DNA of 64,000 bases from Malacoraja senta (GCA_038087875.1 CM075984.1:14074001-14138000), one strand, 5' to 3'; positions 12,632 through 25,348 are shown, counted from the first letter of the stretch. Notes: generated by a model from the letters alone, not told the origin. Made by a program: numbers and translations.

Positions 12632-15600
12632 ATAGATACATAGAAAATAGGTGCAGGAGTAGGCCATTCGGCCCTTCGAGCCTGCACCGCCATTCAATAT
12701 GATCATGGCTGATCATCCAACTCAGTATCCCGTACCTGCCTTCTCTCCATACCCCCTGATCCCTTTAGCCACAAAGGCCACATCTAACTCCCTCTTAAAT
12801 ATAGCCAATGAACTGGCCTCAACTACCCTCTGTGGCAGAGAGTTCCAGAAATTCACCACTCTCTGTGTGAAAAAGTTTTTTCTCATCTCGGTCTTAAAGG
12901 ATTTCCCCCTTATCCTTAAGCTGTGACCCCTTGTCCTGGACTTCCCCAACATCGGGAACAATCTTCCTGCATCTAGCCTGTCCAACCCCATAAGAATTTT
13001 GTAAGTTTCTATAAGATCCCCTCTCAATCTCCTAAATTCTAGCGAGTATAAGCCGAGTCTATCCAGTCTTTCTTCATATGAAAGTCCTGACATCCCAGGA
13101 ATCAGTCTGGTGAACCTTCTCTGCACTCCCTCTATGGCTATAATGTCCTTCCTCAGATTTGGAGACCAAAACTGTTAGCAATACCCCAGGTGTGGTCTCA
13201 CCAAGACCCTGTACAACTGCAGTAGAACCTCCCTGCTCCTATACTCAAATCCTTTTGCTATGAAAGCTAACATACCATTCGCTTTCTTCACTGCCTGCTG
13301 CACCTGCATGCCTACTTTCAATGACTGGTGTACCATGACACCCAGGTCTCGCTGCATCTCCCCTTTTCCTAATCGGCCACCATTTAGATAATAGTCTGCT
13401 TTCCTGTTTTTGCCACCAAAGTGGATAACCTCACATTTATCCACATTATACTGCATCTGCCAAACATTTGCCCACTCACCCAGCCTATCCAAGTCACCTT
13501 GCAGTCTTCTAGCATCCTCCTCACAGCTAACACTGCCCCCCCAGCTTAGTGTAATCCGCAAACTTGGAGATGTTGCCTTCAATTCCCTCATCCAGTTCAT
13601 TAATATAAATTGTAAATAGCTGGGGTCCCAGCACTGAGCCTTGCGGTACCCCACTAGTCACTGCCTGCCATTCTGAAAAGGATCCGTTTACTCCTACTCT
13701 TTGCTTCCTGTTTGCCAGCCAGTTCTCTATCCACCTCAATATTGAACCCCCAATACCGTGTGCTTTAAGTTTGTATATTAATCTCTTATGTGGGACCTTG
13801 TCGAAAGCCTTCTGAAAGTCCAGATACAACACATCCACTGGTTTCCCCTATCCACTCTACTAGTTACATCCTCGAAAAATTCTATAAGATTCGTCAGACA
13901 TGATTTACCTTTTGTAAATCCATGCTGACTTTGTCCAATGATTTCACCACTTTCCAAATGTGCTGCTATCCCATCTTTAATAACTGACTCTAGCAGTTTC
14001 CCCACTACCGATGTTAGACTAACTGGTCTGTAATTCCCCGTTTTCTCTCTCCCTCCCTTCTTAAAAAGTGGGGTTACGTTTGCTACCCTCCAATCCTCAG
14101 GAACTACTCCAGAATCTAAAGAGTTTTGAAAAATTATCACTAATGCATCCACTATTTCTGGAGCTACTTCCTTAAGTCCTCTGGGATGCAGTCAATCTGG
14201 CCCTGGTGATTTATCGGCCTTTAATCCATTCAATTTACCCAACACCACTTCCCGACTAACCTGGATTTCACTCAGTTCCTCCACCTCCTTTGACCCGCGG
14301 TCCCCTGCTATTTCCGGCAGATTATTTATGTCTTCCTTAGTGAAGACGGAACCAAAGTAGTTATTCAATTGGTCCGCCATATCCTTGTTCCCCATGATCA
14401 ATTCACCTGTTTCTGACTGCAAGGGACCTACATTTGTTTTAACTAATCTCTTTCTCTTCACATATCTATAAAAACTTTTGCAGTCAGTTTTTATGTTCCC
14501 TGCCAGTTTTCTTTCATAATCTATTTTTCCTTTCCTAATTAAGCCCTTTGTCCTCCTCTGCTGGTCTCTGAATTTCTCCCAGTCCTCTGGTATGCTGCTT
14601 TTTCTGGCTAATTTGTACGCATCATCTTTTGCTTTGATACTATCCCTGATTTCCCTTGTTATCCACGGATGCACTACCTTCCCTGATTTATTCTTTTGCC
14701 AAACTGGGATGAACAATTTTTGTAGTTCATCCATGCAGTCTTTAAATGCCTTCCATTGCATATCCACCGTCAACCCTTTTAGAAATAATTGCCAGTCAAT
14801 CTTGGCCAATTCATGTCTCATACCCTCAAAGTTACCTTTCTTTAAGTTCAGAACCATTGTTTCTGAATTAACAATGTCACTCTCCATCCTAATGAAGAAC
14901 TCAACCATATTATGGTCACTCTTGCCCAAGGGGGCACACACAACAAGACTGCTAACTAACCCTTCCTCATTACTCAATACCCAGTCTAGAATAGCCTGCT
15001 CTCTCGTTGGTTCCTCTACATGTTGGTTTAGATAACTATCCCGCATACATTCCAAGAAATCCTCTTCCTCAGCACCCCTGCCAATTTGATTCACCCAATC
15101 TATATGTAGATTGAAGTCACCCATTATAACTGTTTTGCCTTTGTTGCACGCATTTCTAATTTCCTGTTTGATGCCATCCCCCAACTTCACTACTACTGTT
15201 AGGTGGCCTGTACACAACACCCACCGGCATTTTCTGCCCCTTAGTGTTTCGCAGCTCTACCCATACCGATACCACATCCTCCAAGCTAATGTCCTTCCTT
15301 TCCACTGCGTTAATCTCCTCTCTAACCAGCAATGCTACCCCACCTCCTTTTTCTTTCTCTCTATCCCTCCTGAATATTGAATATCCCTGGATGTTCAGCT
15401 CCCAGCCTTGGTCACCCTGGAGCCATGTCTCCGTGATCCCAACTATATCATAATCATTAATAGCTATCTGCACGTTCAACTCATCCACCTTATTACGAAT
15501 GCTCCTTGCATTGAGACACAAAGCCTTCAGGCTTGTTTTTACAACGCTCTTACCCCTTTTACAATTATATTGAAAAGTGGCCCTTTTTGATTTTTGTCCT

Positions 15601-16970
15601 GGATTTGTCTGCCTGCCACTTTTACTTTTCACCTTGCTACCTATTGCTTCCGCCCGCATTTTACACCCCTCTGTTTCTCTGCTCACCCATTTAAGAACCC
15701 CACCACCTCTTATTCTCTGTTTATTATTGTTTTCTTCTTTCCCCCCTACATGTTGGGTCTGAGTGCTTTCCTTCTCTGCCTCCTGCCTCACACACTGTCT
15801 AATAGCTTTCTCTATTTGAGTCCCTCCCCCCAACCGTTCTTGTTTAAAGTCTCCCCAGTAGCCTTTGCAAATCTCCCCGCCAGGATATTGGTCCCCTCAG
15901 GTTCAAGTGCAACCCATCTTTTTTGTACAGGTTGCACCTTCCACAAAAGAGGTCCCAATGATCCAGAAATTTGAATCCCTGCCCTCTGCACCAGTCCTTC
16001 AGCCACGCATTTATCCTCCACCTCGCTCCATTCCTACTCTCACTGTCGCGTGGCACAGGCAGTAATCCCGAGATTGTTACCTTTGCTGTCCTCCTTAACT
16101 CCCCTCCTAACCCTCTAAATTCTCCTTTCAGGAACTCTTCTCTTTTTTTACCTATGTCATTGGTACCTATATGTACCACGACCTCGGGCTCCTCTCCCTC
16201 CCCTTTCAGGATATCTTGGACACGTTGAGACACATCACAGACCCTGGCACCAGGGAGGCAAACTACCATCCGGTCTCCCGACTGCGTCCACAGAATCGCC
16301 TGTCTGACCGCCTAACTATAGAGTCCCCTATTACTAATGCCCTCCTCTTCTTTTCCTTACCCTTCTGAGCAACAGGACCGGTCTCTGTACCGGAGGCCCG
16401 GTCGCTGTCGCTACCCCCAGGTAAGCTGTCCCCCCCAACAGTACTCAAACAGGAGTACTTATTGTCAAGGTGTACAGCCACCGGGGTACTCTAGTCCCTG
16501 CCTGTGCCCCTTGCCTCCCAACCGTGACCCACTTGCCTGCCTCCTGTGGTCTTGGAGTGACCACCTCCCTGTAACTCCTCTCAATGACTTCCTCGCTCTC
16601 CCTGACCAGACGGAGGTCATCGAGCTGCTGCTCCAGGTTCCTAATACGGTCCCTTAGGAGCCCCATCTTGATGCAACTGGCGCAGATGTGGACGTCTGTA
16701 AGGCTGTCAGATTCCTTGATCTCCCACATCTGACATCCAGAACAACAAACTGCCCTGGCCCTCATACTCCCCTTACCTAGGATACAATACAAAACAAACT
16801 GCTACAATACAATCAGCAGGGATCTGACTCCCAATCAGCTGCGCCCTCTTGTCTGCTTCCACCAATCAGCGGCTTCCACTTGTTTTTGAAGTGCGAGTGG
16901 AACTTGGAACGTTACAGATTTCGGCTCCTCCTCCCTCTGCGACCGACCTCTCCAACGGCTCTCGGGCCTC
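12632..16970 (-). mobile_element. Near full-length CR1 LINE with frameshifted ORF1 (Zn-finger + SGNH esterase) and ORF2 (APE + RT)
   Basis: ORF1: CSGCQMW, LVIGDSIVR, VHIGTNDIG, DGLHLN. ORF2: [49 protein letters not shown]. (TTCTATG)-type 3' tail. Confidence 0.95.
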
Positions 16971-17109
16971 TGTTGTTATCGTTATCCGTACTTGCCCACA
17001 GTCGTGTGATCACAATCCCTCTGCTGTGTCTAAGTCAAAAGAGTTTGTTATGAAGATCGTGTGTCCTTTAAAATGAGTGTTTTACATTTTCTCTTTCTCT
17101 GTTTGATAG

Positions 17110-17265
17110 TAAGTTTTGGAACAGCATCGATGAGCATGCCTACACTGTTTGCCACCCCAGCCGGATACAGTCTACCCACCAGTTTCAGTGGTGGGTTTCA
17201 GCAGCCTGTGTTATCTGCTCCAGGGGCCTTTCCTCAACATTCAGCCTTTCCACCACATCCCACTG
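17110..17265 (+). CDS. AGFG1: AGFG1 coding exon, VSFGTASMSMPTLFATPAGYSLPTSFSGGFQQP...HPT
   Basis: Polypyrimidine tract plus gatag| acceptor, G|gtaat donor, 156 nt, phase 1-1. Near-identical to AGFG1 'FGTASMSMPT...YSLPTSFSGSFQQP'. Confidence 0.93.
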
Positions 17266-17364
17266 GTAATATGGACACAGCCTCTCAGTAATCTCCACTT
17301 TCATAATTTCCCCTCTTGGAAGCTCCATTTACACTAAAACTCTTGCCTTTTTTCCCCCGTTTAG

Positions 17365-17450
17365 GTGCAGGATTTAGTTCATTTGGGCAACCAAAGCCAA
17401 TGGTGATGCCATATAGTCAACAAATGGGAGTGTCTACTAATCCATTTCTG
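17365..17450 (+). CDS. AGFG1: AGFG1 penultimate coding exon, GAGFSSFGQPKPMVMPYSQQMGVSTNPFL
   Basis: tttag| acceptor, |gtaat donor, 86 nt, phase 1-0. Matches 'GAGFAAFGQTKP...GVSSNPFM'. Confidence 0.93.
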
Positions 17451-17969
17451 GTAATATTCAAAAATGTTTTCATATTAGTTTTTCTGGTCATGAACTTCCC
17501 TGTTCCCTTTTAAACCCCACCCAACACTAAATGTGTCCACAATAAGTTAAATGTCCTCTAAAGTGAAGAGCTAAATGTCACCTTAGTCTGGTCCGAAAAT
17601 GTGAATTTCAATAGTTTTACAAAGTCTGTAAAGGATCTTGTCAGGCAGTTATCCAGTACATAGGAACAGGCTCTTCAGCCCACCATGCCTGTGCTGAACA
17701 TGATGCCAAAATAAATCAACCACCTCTGCCTGCTCATAATTCATATCCCTCCATTCCCTGCATATCCATGTCTATCTAAATGTTCCCACCTTTCTCTGTG
17801 TAAAAGAAAAAGAATAGACTGTGCAAATCTTTAAACTTTGCTTCTCTTACCTTAAACCTAAGCCCTCTAGTCTTTGTCATTTCCCCCTTGGGGGAAAAAA
17901 AAGGCTCTGACTGATTTTAGTCAGAAGTTATTAAATAAACGTGCTAAATCAATTTTAACCTATGATGTG

Positions 17970-18510
17970 TGTGAGATTCAAAAATCACAAACGCTTTTAG
18001 AGACAAAGTCAGCAAAGAAGCTTTTTATTCAAATCATATTCTGCAGAATAGGTGCCTCTCCTTTGATGTCCCCTAGAGGCACACCGAGGATCGGGATGAC
18101 TTCCATCTTTATACATTTCATGGGTATCATTGTCACACCCTCATCCCTCCCCATTGTGCTTCTTCCAATCATAACATAAAGCCCACATTCCCACGAGAAC
18201 GTCCTGGAACGTCCACCTGACGTCAAAGACACCTCCCATATCATGCATCGCATGTGCATTTAAATGAGACATCTTGTCATAGTGGGTGTGTGTACATATT
18301 CATGTAAGTTCATTGCCCATGCGCACTGAGTGTTTCTTCTGACCCTTACCCTAGTTCTATGCTGGGCTGTTGCTATCTTCTCTGTTCTCATCCTTGAAAA
18401 AGTCACCATCTGTACTTGTCCTTCACTCCCCCTATCCTCCCTACTATACTCCCTACTATACAAAGGGTTCTTGTCTAAATCAACTTATACCTATTAACCC
18501 CTTTCTCACA
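17970..18510 (-). repeat. 3' LTR of the ERV
   Basis: Direct repeat of 23628-24168. TATAAA and AATAAA on the - strand; preceded on the - strand by purine-rich AAAAGTAAAAGTGTGGAT (PPT-like). Confidence 0.95.
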
Positions 18511-18608
18511 ATCCACACTTTTACTTTTGCTACTGCAATCTTTGATTTAGACTATCTGCCCCTTCTCTAATGCTAGCAGCAGAATCTTCGCCTCTCCCTA
18601 TCTTCCTC

Positions 18609-19340
18609 TCATTCGATAGACAGGGAGGTGAGACCTGCTAGGGCTCTCGACACTGACCCATCAGGAGCAGTGTTGTTGGAGATGAAGGTGCAACATTGTT
18701 CCCCAAACATTACACACACCCCTTCCTTCTCAGCCAGTAGCATGTCTAAGGCCATGCGATTTTGCCAGGCCATTAGGCTGGTATCTGTCAGTTGTTCCGC
18801 TAATCCTTCAACCGCATCTCGAGTGTAATTTATAAAGCGTTGTTGATTGTAGTATAGGTAGTTGATCCAGTCCACATTTTTATTAAGTGTGGACCACCAG
18901 AAGAGTATGGACTCAAAGCCCGCAGCTATCTGGTTTCTGGCTTTGAATTCATCGGGTACCCCTCTTGGCACCCCTATCGCATCTATATATATGTGTGTGT
19001 CAAAGGGGCTGTCCTTCGGCTCTTTGTATTGTTGTTGCTAGCCGGGAATAGGTAATGATAACTCTGGCAGGTCGCATCCTTTGGTAGGATGGGATTTGTG
19101 AATAGCTGTAGTATACATGACATAGCCCCAGGTGTCCTATCCCAATTCAAGGGAAATGGTTCTGGAACCAGCTGAGGCTTAGCTCCGGCGCAGGCGTAGC
19201 AATTGGTGTGTTGCATACTCCTGGCCGTGTACATCATCCAGGCAAGCCAGGTGTTGGCTCCCTTCCCTCCTGTAGGTATTCCCTCCTCATATAATTGCCT
19301 TAATTCTGTTTCTCCTGCTACTATCATTATCTTCAAATCC
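18609..19340 (-). pseudogene. Retroviral env remnant (PABLB/HERV-R(b)-like): partial SU plus TM ectodomain, frameshifted, no membrane anchor
   Basis: YIDAIGVPRGVPDEFKARNQIAAGFES, ISD-like QNRMALDMLLA, CX6CC (CVMFGEQCC), SU motif WLAWMMY...CYACA...PFPLNW. Stop after LTSLSIE. Confidence 0.9.
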
Positions 19341-19456
19341 TTAGGCTCATTCTCCCTGTTCTATCTGCACATCCTTCCACTTTCCTGCATTTGAACACTC
19401 TGTATGTTTACATAGTTGGTTAACCACCCAACACACGACCCACCAACACGAAATCT

Positions 19457-19850
19457 TCATTTTTCCCGCGGGTTCTTGTTAAATATTAAAGTCAATGGTT
19501 CCTCTCCTTTGCGCACAGTACACGGGCTGATATTGTTTGGTGGGGCCTCCACAGGACCCTTAAATCGGCTTGCGTGTGTCCACCCTTTTTCTTTTGTTCG
19601 TACTGCTGTCTCGGTGATTAGTAACACCAGGTAGGGTCCAGTCCACTTAGGTTGCAGCTTTTCTTCCTTCCATGATGTTACAAGATCCCAGTCCCCCGCT
19701 TTCACAGAATGGATTGGAAAGTCGAGATGGGGACTCTGTGCCAGCAGCCCCTTGGTTCTTAATTCTGTAATAGAACGAGATACTCCCAGTAAATAGTTCC
19801 TTAGGAATACATCATTCCCTTGTATTTGTTGGGACCCCTTCTATCGTTCC
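19457..19850 (-). pseudogene. Retroviral integrase C-terminal domain remnant
   Basis: GDW.LV..W...LQPKWTGPYLVLLITETAVR...GWTHASRFK (GPY/F motif). Confidence 0.88.
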
Positions 19851-19869
19851 TAAATAATAAAGACCTAAC

Positions 19870-20795
19870 TTGTTCAACCTTTCTCTGTGTCTTAGTTGCT
19901 GAAACCCAGTCAACATTCTAATTGATCTCCTCTATACTCTCTCTATTTTGTTGACCTTTTCCTATAATTATGCCTACCAAAATTATACACCATACTCCAC
20001 AATTGACCTCACCAATACCTTGTACAATTTAACATTACAACCCAACTTCTATACACAATGCTCTGATTTATAAAGGCCAACACACCAAAATCTTTCTTTA
20101 CCATCCTATCTTCATGAAATTCCACCTTCAGGGAACCATGCACAGTTATTCCTAGATCCCTCTATTCAACTTCATTCCTCAATTCACAATCATTTACCAT
20201 GTACATTCAATTTTGATTTGTCCTGCCAAGATGTATCATCTCATACTTATCAACATTAAACCCATCTGTCATGTTTCAACCCATTCTTCCAAATGACCTA
20301 AATCTCTCTGTACACTTTTTAAAATCTACTTCATTATTCACAACACCACCTATCTTAGTATCATCTACATACTTATTAATCTATTTTACCACACCAACAT
20401 CCAGATTATTGATTCACATGACAAACAACAGTGGACCCAACACACATCCCTGAGGTACCCCTCTAGTCACTGACCTCCAACCTGACAAACATCCATCCAC
20501 CATTGCTCTCTGACATCTCCCATACAGCCACTTTTTAATCCATCTTGCTATTCCTTACTAACCCTTCTTAACCAACCTTATTTCCTTATTGAACCTTGTC
20601 AAAGGCCTTACTGAAGTTCATCTAGACAACATCCATCACTTTACCCTCATCAATTTCCCTAATAACCTTTTCAAAAAATTCAAGATTAGTCAAACATCAC
20701 AATCACAAATCCATGCTAATTCTTCCTAATCCTACCCTATTCTTATACATTGTCTTAAGTATGCTTTCCATTATTTTGCCCACCACTGATGTCAA
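19870..20795 (-). mobile_element. CR1 LINE RT fragment embedded in the ERV
   Basis: Translates WRSVTRGVPQGCVLGPLLFV*INNLD...INKYVDDTKIGGVV, with stops. Confidence 0.85.
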
Positions 20796-21109
20796 ACAAC
20801 GTTCTTGTTCAAACTCTACTCTTTTCTCACATCTCTTGTCCTCCTGTTCACTTACCTCAGGGCTATTATCTATTCATACCTGAGGGACAGCCCTCAGGTA
20901 TTATTGAAATGGTACCAGGTATATCAACCTTCTACCTGAACATCGGTCGGTTGTTTAGAAAACTCATACATACACCTTGTCTTCAGGTTTAAAGGGTCCT
21001 TCCTCCTGGTCCACCTCCAACAGCTTTTACTTTTCCTGTTCATAAATAGACTTGTATATCATAATTAACTGTTCCAAACTCGGTCTCTTGTAGGGACCTC
21101 TCCATTGTG

Positions 21110-21400
21110 CCACCTGCTCGGTTAGTTTGCATGCAACATCTCTTCAGTGCCAATGGCAGGGCATCGATCCAACTCAACTTTGTAATTAAACAAATCTTAT
21201 TTATATTAACCTTCAATGTTCCATTTATTCTTTCCACCATGCCTGTGACTGCAGGTGTTACATACCCAAATGTGTATTTTACTCTAAGGGTCTCTATCGC
21301 CAACTTAGCTACTCCCTAAATGAAAACAATCTGTTGTCAAAGCTGATTTCTGTAGGTCTACCAAACCTCTTAATTACCTTATTCATCATAAACGACACTA
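21110..21400 (-). pseudogene. Retroviral integrase core remnant
   Basis: GMVERINGTLK...KLSWIDALPLAL, the region around the catalytic Glu of DD35E. Confidence 0.82.
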
Positions 21401-21699
21401 CAGGGCTTATACCTAATCTAGTCTGAACTATATCCTGCCTTTTCCCGAGGTTATCATACTCTGTCCTACATTCTGAAGTATTTTTTTTTTTAAATCTCTC
21501 TCTCTCTCTTACATCGCTTGTTACTTATGGAACAATACCAACAAATCCTCCTTTAAATCCCTTTCTCTCTTGGAGACCCCAGTCCTGTTAGGGCTTATAT
21601 CCAGATTAATTTCACTCCTGATAGGACTTTTTGATGAAACGTACCCCAAAGACATTCATTATTGGCATGTAATTCTCTGGCCCTGCTTGGTTCCGTCAT

Positions 21700-22600
21700 A
21701 GGACTCACTTAGGTCCATTGTTTATTGACAACACCTCCTCCTGCTGGTTTGCAAGTCTTTTTCCTATCTTTGCGATATTTCTCGACCGCAGAGACCAACT
21801 GTTCGCTGAATCTGCTTGACTTTAAGAAGAATGACATCCACCACAGTGGTTCATAATATAATGTTCATCAATCAACTCTCCACCTTTTCAGCTGGTTTTC
21901 CAGATAGGCTGCTGGATTACATTGTCTGAGGGCCTGCCATGCCCTCTGCCTGTTCATAATATAATGTTCATCAATCAACTCTCCACCTTTTCAGCTGGTT
22001 TTCCAGATAGGCTATTTGCCTTTCCTTCTGTATCTCCCCTTGTTCCTTGGGGTTCCTCTTAAGTGGGTAACATTGTCTGAGGGTCTGCCATACCCTCTGC
22101 CTGACTGTGTCAAACAGTATGCCATTGCTTGTTACATTGTTCGCATCAGTTTATACCATCCATCTTCAGTAGTTCTGTCACTTTAGTGGTTCCTATCACT
22201 TTTACCAACAGTGCCTTCAAATCTTCCATGATCAATAATCGTCCCACGTTCTCCTCCTCCAAAGCCCTAATCCATTTCCTCCCCCATCAGGGATATAGGG
22301 TGAGGTATTTTTTAGCCCTTTCAGTTTATGGGTGCCCCAAGGGATAATCCGTGTCTGTCCTTCTCTTTTCTCTTTAAAGCAGTCTCATCACTTTATCCCA
22401 ATGCTTCCAACTTTAATCCTTTCTGGTATGCCTTCTTTCTAATTCTAAACTCAATTTCTTGCTTCTCAAATATTCTAGCCTCCTTGCAAAAATCTTCCAC
22501 TGACTCCTCCTGCTTTATTACTTTCACGCCTGTCGTTTTTCTACTTCTGTTATCTTCTAACTGCCTCTCTCTCCTTTCTTTCTAAACTTGAATGTTTACC
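21700..22600 (-). pseudogene. Degenerate gag remnant
   Basis: Located after the leader; broken frames read KWIRALEEE.VGRLL...DLKALL, FDTVRQRVWQTLR and AYLENQLKRWR. Confidence 0.55.
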
Positions 22601-23604
22601 AATTAACTTATTTCCAATTATTTCAATCCATATTCACCACTATTTTAAATGTCCAATTCCTAGCACTAGTAACAATTTTCCAAATTATCTTTACTGACTA
22701 GAAATCTAAAAGAACATCAGAAAAACCAAAAGCTGGTTTCACAACTTCCCCTTCTTACGAGGATACAAACAATTAATCGTTATCTTACAGCTGTTCGTCG
22801 TCTTTCACCATGACCTGATTTATTTAAAGGAACATACACCTACCTACAGTGAACATTTTTGATTTTAATAAAACTTACTTACTCTTACAATGTGGTCTAC
22901 AAATACAATAAACAAAATAATTATCACATATATAAACTTCCTCTTTCATTCCAAACCGTTTTTTACACACAAATCACATTCGTTCCATTCTTACTTCAAA
23001 TAAATGCAACATCTTTTACATGTATTAAAACTCAATATAACAGAATCAAATCATTTTTGTCTTCCAATTCCCTGGGTATTTCTCTGCCCCCAGAGGCTCA
23101 ATCATTTTTGTCCTCCAATTCCCTGGGTATTTCTCTGCCCCCAGAGGCTCAGCATTCGCCCCAACGGACTATCAGGCAGAATGCTGGGGTCGGGCTTACC
23201 GCCCTTCCCCTCCCTGGTGGGCTTTCCGTTCTCATGGCCCATCCTCCCGATCGGAATTTCCCCCCGATCTTTTTCCCGCCTTTCCTGCCTTGCCCGTACA
23301 GACCCCTGAATTCTTCAGAGCGGTATCCACAAGGTCTTATCAATCGCCCGAGTAGTACTTAATAGTCAGTTTTCTTACCCGGGTCCTGTGCACAAGAATC
23401 ACTCGATTTGGCTCCCTCGCGATTTTCCCACCGATCTTCCTCCCGATCGGATTTCCAACTACTCCCACTTCTTTGCTGAGTCTCTGTTCAGGGATACCAC
23501 TCGCCCAAACCACTGACAGCAATCTAGGGGTCTAGGACCGCTGAAAACAACGGGGTGCACCGTCCCTTCTTCCGTATACCGCCGTCAGCCAGCCGGAGTG
23601 GGGG

Positions 23605-23622
23605 TCCCGAGACGAGCCCCCA
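23605..23622 (-). promoter_or_regulatory. Primer-binding site, tRNA-Pro type
   Basis: TGGGGGCTCGTCTCGGGA versus canonical Pro PBS TGGGGGCTCGTCCGGGAT; the first 12 nt are identical. Confidence 0.88.
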
Positions 23623-23627
23623 AAAAT

Positions 23628-24168
23628 TGTGAGATTCAAAAATCACAAACGCTTTTAGAGACAAAGTCAGCAAAGAAGCTTTTTATTCAAATCATATTCT
23701 GCAGAATAGGTGCCTCTCCTTTGATGTCCCCTAGAGGCACACCGAGGATCGGGATGACTTCCATCTTTATACATTTCATGGGTATCATTGTCACACCCTC
23801 ATCCCTCCCCATTGTGCTTCTTCCAATCATAACATAAAGCCCACATTCCCACGAGAACGTCCTGGAACGTCCGCCTGACGTCAAAGACACCTCCCATATC
23901 ATGCATCGCATGTGCATTTAAATGAGACATCTTGTCATAGTGGGTGTGTGTACATATTCATGTAAGTTCATTGCCCATGCGCACTGAGTGTTTCTTCTGA
24001 CCCTTACCCTAGTTCTATGCTGGGCTGTTGCTATCTTCTCTGTTCTCATCCTTGAAAAAGTCACCATCTGTACTTGTCCTTCACTCCCCCTATCCTCCCT
24101 ACTATACTCCCTACTATACAAAGGGTTCTTGTCTAAATCAACTTATACCTATTAACCCCTTTCTCACA
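23628..24168 (-). repeat. 5' LTR of the ERV
   Basis: Followed on the - strand by the PBS. Only one substitution versus the 3' LTR noticed by eye. Confidence 0.95.
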
Positions 24169-24278
24169 ATGTGTTATTGCAGAAAGCAGTATGACCTGTG
24201 CAACTTGTGTGGTAACAGAGAGAACATGTGGAAAAGTTGAACACTTTATGAATATAATTTTACAGTCAAATTGTGCAG

Positions 24279-25348
24279 CATAGAAACATAGAAAATAGGT
24301 GCAGGAGTAGGCCATTCGGACCTTCGAGCCTGCACCACCATTCAATATGATCATGGCTGATCATCCAACTCAGTATCCTGTACCTGCCTTCTCTCCATAC
24401 CCCCTGATCCCTTTAGCCACAAGGGCCACATCTAACTCCCTCTTAAATATAGCCAATGAACTGGCCTCAACTACCTTCTGTGGCAGAGCATTCCACAGAT
24501 TCACCACTCTCTGTGTAAAAAATGATTTTCTCATCTCGGTCCTAAAAGACTTCCCCCTTGTCCTTAAACTGTGACCCTTTGTTCTGGACTTCCCCAACAT
24601 CGGGAATAATCTTCCTGCATCTAGCCTGTCCAACCCCTTAAGAATTTTGTAAGTTTCTATAAGATCCCCCCTCAATCTTCTAAATTCTAGCGAGTACAAG
24701 CCGAGTCTATCTAGTCTTTCTTCATATGAAAGTCCTGCCATCCCAGGAATCAGTCTGGTGAACCTTCTCTGTACTCCCTCTATGGCAAGAATGTCATTCC
24801 TCAGATTAGGAGACCAAAACTGTACGCAATACTCCAGGTGTGGTCTCACCAAGACCCTGTACAACTGCAGTAGAACCACCCTGATCTTATACTCAAATCC
24901 TTTTGCTATGAATGCTAACATACCATTCGCTTTCTTCACTACCTGCTGCACCTGCATGCCTACTTTCAATGACTAGTGTACCATGACACCCAGGTCTCGC
25001 TGCATCTCCCCTTTTCCTAATCGGCCACCATTCAGATAATAGTCTACTTTCCTGTTTTTGCCACCAAAGTGGATAACCTCACATTTATCCACATTATACT
25101 GCATCTGCCATGCATTTGCTCACTCACCCAACCTATCCAAGTCACCTTGCAGCCTCCTAGCATCCTCCTCACAGCTAACACTTCCCCCCAGCTTCGTGTC
25201 ATCCACAAACTTGGAGATGTTGCATTCAATTCCCTCATCCAGATCATTAATATATATTGTAAATAGCTGGGGTCCCAGCACTGAGCCTTGCGGTACCCCA
25301 GTAGTCACTGCCTGCCGTTGTGAAAAGGACCCGTTTACTCCTACTCTT
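24279..25348 (-). mobile_element. 5'-truncated CR1 LINE (RT C-terminus + 3' tail); duplicate at ~38851-39920
   Basis: [27 protein letters not shown]; (CATAGAAA)n tail. Confidence 0.93.

Larger units (their letters stand above)
17970..24168 (-). mobile_element. Internally deleted class I (gamma/epsilon-like) endogenous retrovirus, antisense in the last AGFG1 intron
   Basis: Two 541-bp LTRs with TGTGAGA...TCTCACA termini; TSD ATGTG (17965-17969 and 24169-24173); PBS; gag, integrase and env remnants. No RT/RNase H recognised. Confidence 0.95.

Noticed and set aside
17102-17116. GATAGTAAGT as a recursive or dual splice site
   Set aside because: The G is shared between AG and GTAAGT, so it is not an AG|GT junction; TAAGT is simply Val-Ser coding sequence.
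18609-18971. 120-aa env TM ORF as a domesticated or secreted env (syncytin/suppressyn-like)
   Set aside because: It is out of frame with the SU remnant, the putative env start (~19460) hits a stop after 13 codons, SU is largely deleted, and the provirus is young. No evidence of co-option.
22859-23362. 167-aa plus-strand ORF in the ERV leader as an antisense viral gene
   Set aside because: Low-complexity, extended by a 51-bp in-frame duplication, and its start differs between the two copies.
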